62,311 bases of DNA from Candidatus Thorarchaeota archaeon (GTDB lineage Archaea; Asgardarchaeota; Thorarchaeia; Thorarchaeales; Thorarchaeaceae), in contig RDNZ01000014.1 of the NCBI GenBank assembly GCA_011364905.1, forward strand, positions 1 through 62,311, read 5' to 3'. This document shows positions 56,100-62,311 of this stretch, in pieces. Position 1 is the stretch's first letter. The number at the start of each line of letters is the position of its first letter. The translations under genes and the position numbers were made by a program. The notes beneath the pieces are model-generated. The model was not told the DNA's origin. It was given only the letters and a program-made list of their open reading frames with translations, and searched no databases.

Positions 56100-57011
56100 A
56101 TGGCGTTTTCAAAACTAACTGATTGTTTGTATGTCGTGGCTGGGGGCGTGTTTCCTAAATGCAATACTGCTGTCATCATTGCAGATGAGGTTGTGGTTAT
56201 TGATCCAGGTTGCGAAGTGGAAGATTTACGTAGACTCCTTATATCTCTCGATCTTAATCTGAAGGATATTGACACAGTGATACTGAGTCATATTCATCCA
56301 GATCACATAACCCACGCAGCGAGGCTTCAAAGGCTCTCAAATTGCAGAATTGCAGCGAATGAAATCACTGCACCCCTCTTTAACGAGAAGGAAGCAATGA
56401 AACAGTTTCTTGGTTTCAGCAAGAGCAATCCTGTCAGAAAAGCATGGGAGCAGCTCGTCAATGAAAGAATGTACGGAGCTCTGGATGAGGGCCGAGTAGA
56501 TGAAGTGTTGAGTGATGGTGATAGATTCAGCTTTGGCGATATTACTTTGAAAATGCTTTACACCCCGGGGCATCTCCCTGATCATATGTGTATCGAGATT
56601 ATTGAACCGAATCTCGTGTTTGCATCTGACATTGACCTGACTGAGTTTGGGCCATTCTATGGCCATCCTAATTCATCTATCGGAGACTTCAAGGAGTCCA
56701 TTAGGAAACTACAACACGGCAAGTACAATGGTCTAATTAGCGGGCATTTGAAGGAACCATTAGTCACAGAGTACATAGATAGACTAACTGCATATTCAAG
56801 GCAGATTGGTATTAGAGAGGATCTCGTCCTGTCAGCCATAATTGGTGGTGCTAAAACTATCCCCGAGATAACAGCCACACCAATTATCTATCCCTCGTTC
56901 CCCAATGTTGTTTATCTACAATTCGAGAAGTGGATGATAGAGCACCATGTCGCCTCTCTGGTGGCTGCTGGACTTGTTTCGGAAGATAAGGGGAAATTGT
57001 CTTCAATCTAG
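56100..57011 (+). CDS. MBL-fold metallo-hydrolase with probable C-terminal winged helix
   Basis: SHIHPDH, TPGHLPDH, SD, SGH. Confidence 0.88.
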   Translation: MAFSKLTDCLYVVAGGVFPKCNTAVIIADEVVVIDPGCEVEDLRRLLISLDLNLKDIDTVILSHIHPDHITHAARLQRLSNCRIAANEITAPLFNEKEAMKQFLGFSKSNPVRKAWEQLVNERMYGALDEGRVDEVLSDGDRFSFGDITLKMLYTPGHLPDHMCIEIIEPNLVFASDIDLTEFGPFYGHPNSSIGDFKESIRKLQHGKYNGLISGHLKEPLVTEYIDRLTAYSRQIGIREDLVLSAIIGGAKTIPEITATPIIYPSFPNVVYLQFEKWMIEHHVASLVAAGLVSEDKGKLSSI

Positions 57012-57076
57012 CGAACTATCGCTTATACAAGATGATTTCCAGAATTGAGTGTTTGCCAATATTAATTGCAGATAGT

Positions 57077-57595
57077 TCACAAATCAAGTTCCATGTATCT
57101 AACGGTGTTTCCAAGGGAGTGTGAAACCTCTCCACCAGGATATTCATCAATGTCCTTGAAACCCATGGAATGATAGAGATGCACTGCGGTTTCAAAAATG
57201 TCTGCAGTTTCCAATCGAAGTTTTGAGAATCCAAGTTCCCTGCCCTTCTTGATGAGTTTGCTGAGCATTTTTTTACCGAGATCTCGCCCTCTATAGGCAG
57301 GTTGAATATACATTCGCTTGATTTCACCAATTCCCTCGCATTGTTTCATTAGTGCTCCCATGCCCACAACATTTTCTTCATTCACAATGACGTAGATAAT
57401 TCCATCGAGAGGACTCACTCTTGTGAAATCTTGAAGAAAGTCTCTCACATAATCCCTGTCCGATTTCCCATGAACTGATTCAAGGTCGATTTTGTACACC
57501 TGATAGTACCGTTCAGCAACCCAGGAAACATATTCGAAGTTCAAATCGTAGAACTGCTTCTTGTGCTCCTCTTCTGAGTATGGTACGAATTCCAT
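57077..57595 (-). CDS. GNAT family N-acetyltransferase
   Basis: [30 protein letters not shown]. Confidence 0.9.
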   Translation of the reverse strand: MEFVPYSEEEHKKQFYDLNFEYVSWVAERYYQVYKIDLESVHGKSDRDYVRDFLQDFTRVSPLDGIIYVIVNEENVVGMGALMKQCEGIGEIKRMYIQPAYRGRDLGKKMLSKLIKKGRELGFSKLRLETADIFETAVHLYHSMGFKDIDEYPGGEVSHSLGNTVRYMELDL

Positions 57596-57691
57596 GAAGT
57601 TGCTCAACACCTTTTTTGGTTCTATGAGTCAAAGTTAATAAGAGATACTGAGAGAGTAACAATAGTTAATAATACTGTGGGTGGGCCCTTA

Positions 57692-59782
57692 ATGACGAGT
57701 AATCGATTGGCGAAGGAGAAGAGTCCATACCTTCTACAGCATGCGAAGAATCCTGTTGATTGGTTTCCTTGGGGAACGGAGGCATTTGATCTTGCTAAGA
57801 AGGAGAACAAACCAATCTTTCTATCAATAGGATACAGTACATGTCATTGGTGTCATGTGATGGCGCATGAATCCTTTGAAGATGACGAAGTAGCCAGTTT
57901 GATGAATGATGCATTCGTGAGTATCAAAGTGGACAGAGAGGAGCGCCCAGACATCGACGGCGTCTACATGGAAGTAGCTCAAATGATAACTGGACGAGGC
58001 GGCTGGCCTCTGACAATCATAATGACTCCGGACAAAAAGCCATTCTATGCGGGCACCTATATCCCAAAAGAAAGCCGTTACAATATGCTAGGGATGAAGG
58101 AGTTGATCCCTCGTATAGAAGAAATTTGGAAAACGGATCAAGCCAACATCGATGATGTGATAAATCGAATTCAGCAGGCCTTATCGCAATCAGGTTCTAT
58201 TAGCAAAAAGGACGACCTTACTCTTGAAGAAGTGGATATTGCATATTCGCAACTCGAGCAACGATTTGATGACGAGAAAGGCGGATTCGGATCAGCTCCA
58301 AAATTTCCCTCTCCACATAACCTAATGCTGATTCTCCGATACTGGAAAAGAAGAGGTGATGACCATGCACTATACATGGTCGAAAAGACACTTCAGGAGA
58401 TGAGAAAGGGAGGACTCTTCGACCATGTCGGTTACGGATTCCATCGATACTCGACAGATGCAGACTGGTTGGTTCCCCATTTCGAGAAGATGCTTTACGA
58501 CCAGGCTAGTCTGATGATGGCGTACGCTGAGGCGTATCAAATTACGAAAAAACAAGAGTACGCTGATGTAGTTAGAGAGATTTTCCAGTATGTAACAAGA
58601 GACTTAACCAGCACCGAAGGAGCATTCCTTTCTGCAGAAGATGCAGACTCTGAAGGTGAGGAGGGCAAGTTCTATACATGGTTTCAGGAGGAGATAGAGG
58701 AGGTTCTAAGTAAACAGGAGGCTGCTCTGTTTCTTGAAGCCTACAATATCCACAGAGATGGCAACTTCGAGGATGAAGCAACCAGAAAGAAAGCAGGACT
58801 CAACATACCACACCTAACACAGTCAATCGAAACCCTCGCAGTTTCGATGAAAATGAAACCGGAGATGGTGAGAGATACCCTTGAAAAAGCTCGAGAGAAG
58901 CTCTTTACCCAGAGAGAAAAGAGAGTCAGACCAAGCAGAGACGATAAAATACTGACGGACTGGAATGGATTCATGGTGGCATCTCTCGCGAGAGCAGGAA
59001 CGATTCTTGGTGATCAAAGATTCATCGAAGCTTCAGAAAAAGCACTCTCGTTCATTCTTGAAACTCTTATCGATGACAAGCGAAATCTTTTCCATAGATA
59101 CAAAGATGGAGAAGCGGTCATACAGGCGTTCCTTGATGATTACGCATACTTGGTGTGGGCATTGCTGGAATCCTATGAAGCTACTTTCAAACCTGAATAT
59201 CTGGAACTCGCAAAGGATCTTACATCAGATATGATAGAGAGTTTTTGGGACTCAGAGAGCGGAGGTTTCTATTTCACTGGTTCCAATTCTGAAGATCTAT
59301 TATTCAGGAAAAAGGATGCATATGATGGGGCAATACCTTCGGGAAATTCTGTTGCAGCATTGAATCTAATTCGACTAGCCAGATTTCTTGGAAACACCCA
59401 ATTGGAGGAGAAAGCAGCTGAAACAATCAGAGCTTTCTCAGATATAATTCCACGAGCACCATCAGGATTTTCATTGATGCTCAATGCACTGGAATTCACT
59501 TTAGGCGACTCGTATGAAATCGTCATTGCTGGAGACCCAGCCAAAAGCGATACTCAAGAGATGCTCAAAACAATTCGGAGTCACTTTATTCCAAACAGAG
59601 TTATTCTTCTCAAGGGGACAAAGCACCAGTCAGAGGAAATCTCTAGATTAGCTCCCTTTACCAAATTCCAGGATAGCCTTAACGGAAGAGCTACTGCGCA
59701 CGTGTGCATCGATTACAACTGTAAGCTTCCCACAACTGAAAAGAATCAACTGCAGAGTTTGCTTGGCATAGAAGACACCTGA
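57692..59782 (+). CDS. YyaL/SSP411-type thioredoxin + (alpha/alpha)6 domain protein
   Basis: [59 protein letters not shown]. Confidence 0.93.
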   Translation: MTSNRLAKEKSPYLLQHAKNPVDWFPWGTEAFDLAKKENKPIFLSIGYSTCHWCHVMAHESFEDDEVASLMNDAFVSIKVDREERPDIDGVYMEVAQMITGRGGWPLTIIMTPDKKPFYAGTYIPKESRYNMLGMKELIPRIEEIWKTDQANIDDVINRIQQALSQSGSISKKDDLTLEEVDIAYSQLEQRFDDEKGGFGSAPKFPSPHNLMLILRYWKRRGDDHALYMVEKTLQEMRKGGLFDHVGYGFHRYSTDADWLVPHFEKMLYDQASLMMAYAEAYQITKKQEYADVVREIFQYVTRDLTSTEGAFLSAEDADSEGEEGKFYTWFQEEIEEVLSKQEAALFLEAYNIHRDGNFEDEATRKKAGLNIPHLTQSIETLAVSMKMKPEMVRDTLEKAREKLFTQREKRVRPSRDDKILTDWNGFMVASLARAGTILGDQRFIEASEKALSFILETLIDDKRNLFHRYKDGEAVIQAFLDDYAYLVWALLESYEATFKPEYLELAKDLTSDMIESFWDSESGGFYFTGSNSEDLLFRKKDAYDGAIPSGNSVAALNLIRLARFLGNTQLEEKAAETIRAFSDIIPRAPSGFSLMLNALEFTLGDSYEIVIAGDPAKSDTQEMLKTIRSHFIPNRVILLKGTKHQSEEISRLAPFTKFQDSLNGRATAHVCIDYNCKLPTTEKNQLQSLLGIEDT

Positions 59783-59791
59783 GTCCCCATA

Positions 59792-61285
59792 CTATTGGGA
59801 TGGCTTCCGTTTCATATAGAACACGACTCCTATGATGAGAATCGCAACGCCTCCACCAGCAAACGCCAGCAGAGGCCCATAGACTGTAAGGAAGTCATTA
59901 GGCCAGATGGCGGCTAAAGCATTACCAGCATCGCGCCAAGAATTGGCTATTGTAAGCAGATCAGATGAGAACGAGTTTAATGTCGCCTCATATGGAGTCA
60001 AAGCGAGGTCGATATCTCCTGTCGCATTGAATGAATCTGCAATCTCAAGAAAGGTTGTCGCAACGAAACCAGTCGACTCCGAGATATTTCCGGGAAAGAT
60101 CAAAGAGGAATTGTCGGCAAGATCATCGAATGAAGGGAGTGCTTCATCTGCTGCATCGACAAAAGCTGTCAAATCAGTTTCACTCATTATGGATGGGAGA
60201 GCTTTGATGGCGGCTCGATATGATAGATACTGAAGTGTGACTTGAGACTCAAGACCAACCCCAATGAAGTATAGAAGCGATGCCTTGAAGTTTGTCTCAT
60301 TGTCGACACCATCAAACACACTGAGGTATGACTTCAAACCATCAGCAGTTATATCTTGGCTTAGTTTTCGAAAACCTGCTTCTCCGAATTTTCCCACAAG
60401 GGCATTGGGACTATTGGGAGAATAGGTTGTTCCGACACCGAGAAGTTTGTCGCGTATCATTGGACCGAGTCTTGAGTCAATCGAAACAGAGGGTTGAGTA
60501 TCAGGAAAGAATGTGTTTGAGATGAAGTATCGCCTTGACCAAGCATCGATAAGAGCCGTGTAGGTAATCTGTGTGTAGTTGCCCCGGCCATCCGCAGGAT
60601 AGCCAAAATTCTCACCAAACGAGCCGACCCCAGGATCCACAATCGTTGCAGATGTTTCGCTATCGTTGTAGCCAACAACTAGGATTCCGTGAGCGCCGCC
60701 ACTGGCGCCCGCATCTCTAAGATAGTCATAATCATAGGATGGTAGGTATGCAGGATCAACGCTAATGAGGAGAGGATAACCTGCATCAATGGTTCTACGC
60801 AACAAATCGAATGCAGCATTTTGTCCTTCAAGCACTCCAACGTTTATTCCTTCACTCTGCCACACTTGCACATTCTGTTCCAAATTGGGAATCGTGTCTC
60901 CGAGATAGATGGTGTAATTCACGCCATAGAGTCTCGCTAGAAAGTCTGTTGGTTCAGCTTGAGAGTAAAGTGCCCCTGGAAACATTAGTAGTGTCTGGTC
61001 GAAACGGAAGTAAGCAAATGAAAAGCCAATTGTCGATGCAGCGAACACATCATACATATTGAGGTCAACTCCAGCGTACTGCATGGCCATTGTGGTCGCG
61101 GCCCATGCACAGAACCCATTGATTTCTTGCCAAACATAGTTATGCGCAGGAAGTAGACCTGAATCAGCAATAGTGAACGATGACTGGTTCTGAATTACTG
61201 CTTGGGGTTCTTGGACAGCCACAGGTGCAATTACGAGCACAATGAGGACCATGGCTACAACTGAATACAGCTTCACGAGAGTCAA
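59792..61285 (-). CDS. Membrane-anchored C39/BtrH-like papain-fold cysteine peptidase
   Basis: Signal peptide; WQEINGFCAW (Gln/Cys), AHGILVVGY (His), VDPG (Asp); C-terminal TM followed by KRK. Confidence 0.82.
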   Translation of the reverse strand: MTLVKLYSVVAMVLIVLVIAPVAVQEPQAVIQNQSSFTIADSGLLPAHNYVWQEINGFCAWAATTMAMQYAGVDLNMYDVFAASTIGFSFAYFRFDQTLLMFPGALYSQAEPTDFLARLYGVNYTIYLGDTIPNLEQNVQVWQSEGINVGVLEGQNAAFDLLRRTIDAGYPLLISVDPAYLPSYDYDYLRDAGASGGAHGILVVGYNDSETSATIVDPGVGSFGENFGYPADGRGNYTQITYTALIDAWSRRYFISNTFFPDTQPSVSIDSRLGPMIRDKLLGVGTTYSPNSPNALVGKFGEAGFRKLSQDITADGLKSYLSVFDGVDNETNFKASLLYFIGVGLESQVTLQYLSYRAAIKALPSIMSETDLTAFVDAADEALPSFDDLADNSSLIFPGNISESTGFVATTFLEIADSFNATGDIDLALTPYEATLNSFSSDLLTIANSWRDAGNALAAIWPNDFLTVYGPLLAFAGGGVAILIIGVVFYMKRKPSQ

Positions 61286-61464
61286 CTCTTTACAACAGGA
61301 TTCCTAAGAAATCATAAGGATGTCGATTTGACTAACTAATTCGAGAAATCTCATTCGTGCACATAAGCTGATTGACGCCACTTCGTAAGAATCAATCCGA
61401 AACTTCAACTATAGAGCAATGTTTATTCAGCTGGCAAAGGGAATAGGCTTGGAGCGACGTTCTA

Positions 61465-62310
61465 TTGAACTATCACTTGATCCTTACTCGTCAATGTAAT
61501 CTCAATTGCTTTTACTGCCACGGAGGCGAGGAAACAGGACCTAACACAGAAATTCAGTACTCTATGGATGAATTAGCAGCTTATTTGGAAAAGGATGATG
61601 ATGTACAGCTCATGCTCTATGGTGGAGAGCCAACTCTGAGAATTCCGTTGATCATTGAATTAATGAATCGATTCACGGATGCAAGATTTATGCTCCAGAC
61701 CAATGCTCTTCTTTTGAATAGAATTCCCGAAGACTACGCAAGGCGATTCCACTCCATACTTGTGTCCATCGATGGCACAGAAGAAACTACTGATGGCTAT
61801 CGCTCCGAAGGGGTATACAAGAAAGTCGTCAAAAATGTAAGGTGGCTTAAACAGATTGGTTATGAGGGCGATATTGTTGCAAGAATGGCTATATCAGAGC
61901 AATCAGACATCTATCGTGATGTCAGGCATCTATTAGACTTCGAAGATGCATTGTTCAATCATGTACATTGGCAACTCAATGTAATTTGGGACGCGGATGA
62001 TAATTGGAAAGACTTTGACAAGTGGACCGAAGAGGTCTATAATCCTGGAATAACGAAACTTGCTTCGGAATGGAGTGACAAGATGAAGGAGGGAGTAATT
62101 GAAGGAATTGTACCATTTGAAACATTGATGCACACTCTTCTAACAGGCGATTCCTCCGAAATGAGATGTGGTTCAGGATTGGATACATTTGCGATACATG
62201 TAGATGGGAGTATTGGAGTTTGTCCCATATCTCCCGATTGGGATTTTTCGATAGTTGGGAACATCTGGGATACAGAACCAGAACACTTGAGAAATATCAT
62301 GAAAGTTGAT
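61465..62310 (+). CDS. Radical SAM/SPASM protein (TIGR04084/AF0577-like), truncated at window edge (not in ORF track)
   Basis: Manual translation from TTG 61465: MNYHLILTRQCNLNCFYCHG...YGGEP...QTN...SIDG...HWQLN...RCGSG...GVCP. Confidence 0.88.
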   Translation, partial: MNYHLILTRQCNLNCFYCHGGEETGPNTEIQYSMDELAAYLEKDDDVQLMLYGGEPTLRIPLIIELMNRFTDARFMLQTNALLLNRIPEDYARRFHSILVSIDGTEETTDGYRSEGVYKKVVKNVRWLKQIGYEGDIVARMAISEQSDIYRDVRHLLDFEDALFNHVHWQLNVIWDADDNWKDFDKWTEEVYNPGITKLASEWSDKMKEGVIEGIVPFETLMHTLLTGDSSEMRCGSGLDTFAIHVDGSIGVCPISPDWDFSIVGNIWDTEPEHLRNIMKVD

Positions 62311-62311
62311 G

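Noticed and set aside
61419-61499. 26-aa ORF (MFIQLAKG...) as a RiPP precursor for the SPASM enzyme
   Set aside because: Overlaps the radical SAM start out of frame, and has no RBS or precursor-like features
882-62300. Numerous 60-180 aa antisense or nested ORFs in the track
   Set aside because: They overlap well-supported genes on the opposite strand or frame and lack motifs
1-62311. tRNA, rRNA, CRISPR arrays, integrase or prophage genes
   Set aside because: None recognised by eye in the intergenic gaps; tRNAscan-SE or Infernal would be needed to exclude small ncRNAs

Overview
Gene-dense archaeal chromosomal segment. Archaeal markers include TBP with an acidic tail, archaeal ATP-dependent DNA ligase, type-2 IPP isomerase, PurP paralogs, ADP-forming acyl-CoA synthetase alpha subunit and GGTGA/GGAGG ribosome-binding sites. 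The WD40/TPR/coiled-coil proteins and membrane-anchored Ig-like proteins suggest an Asgard archaeon, probably Thorarchaeia; this is an inference, not a search result. No rRNA, tRNA or CRISPR array was seen. Highlights: (1) a three-gene operon at 34084-39264 encoding an 896-aa helical-repeat protein, a divergent tubulin/FtsZ/CetZ-superfamily GTPase and a 355-aa helical protein, head-to-head with a WD40 + MIT/TPR-like + coiled-coil gene, making a candidate undescribed cytoskeletal or membrane-remodelling system; (2) a purP-purP-purC::purS-purQ-purL-HDAC operon whose PurC, PurQ and PurL are full length but have lost catalytic residues (PurQ Cys->Ser), i.e. candidate repurposed pseudoenzymes; (3) an arsenic-type regulon with a Cys-decorated PadR, three palindromic operator copies, an unannotated 46-aa Cys-rich ORF, ArsM and a tandem retropepsin; (4) a ~304-bp element bounded by inverted repeats (MITE-like); (5) a stand-alone divergent TGT-fold enzyme beside the ligase. 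Two edge-truncated genes missing from the ORF track (1-595 minus; 61465-end plus) were read manually.
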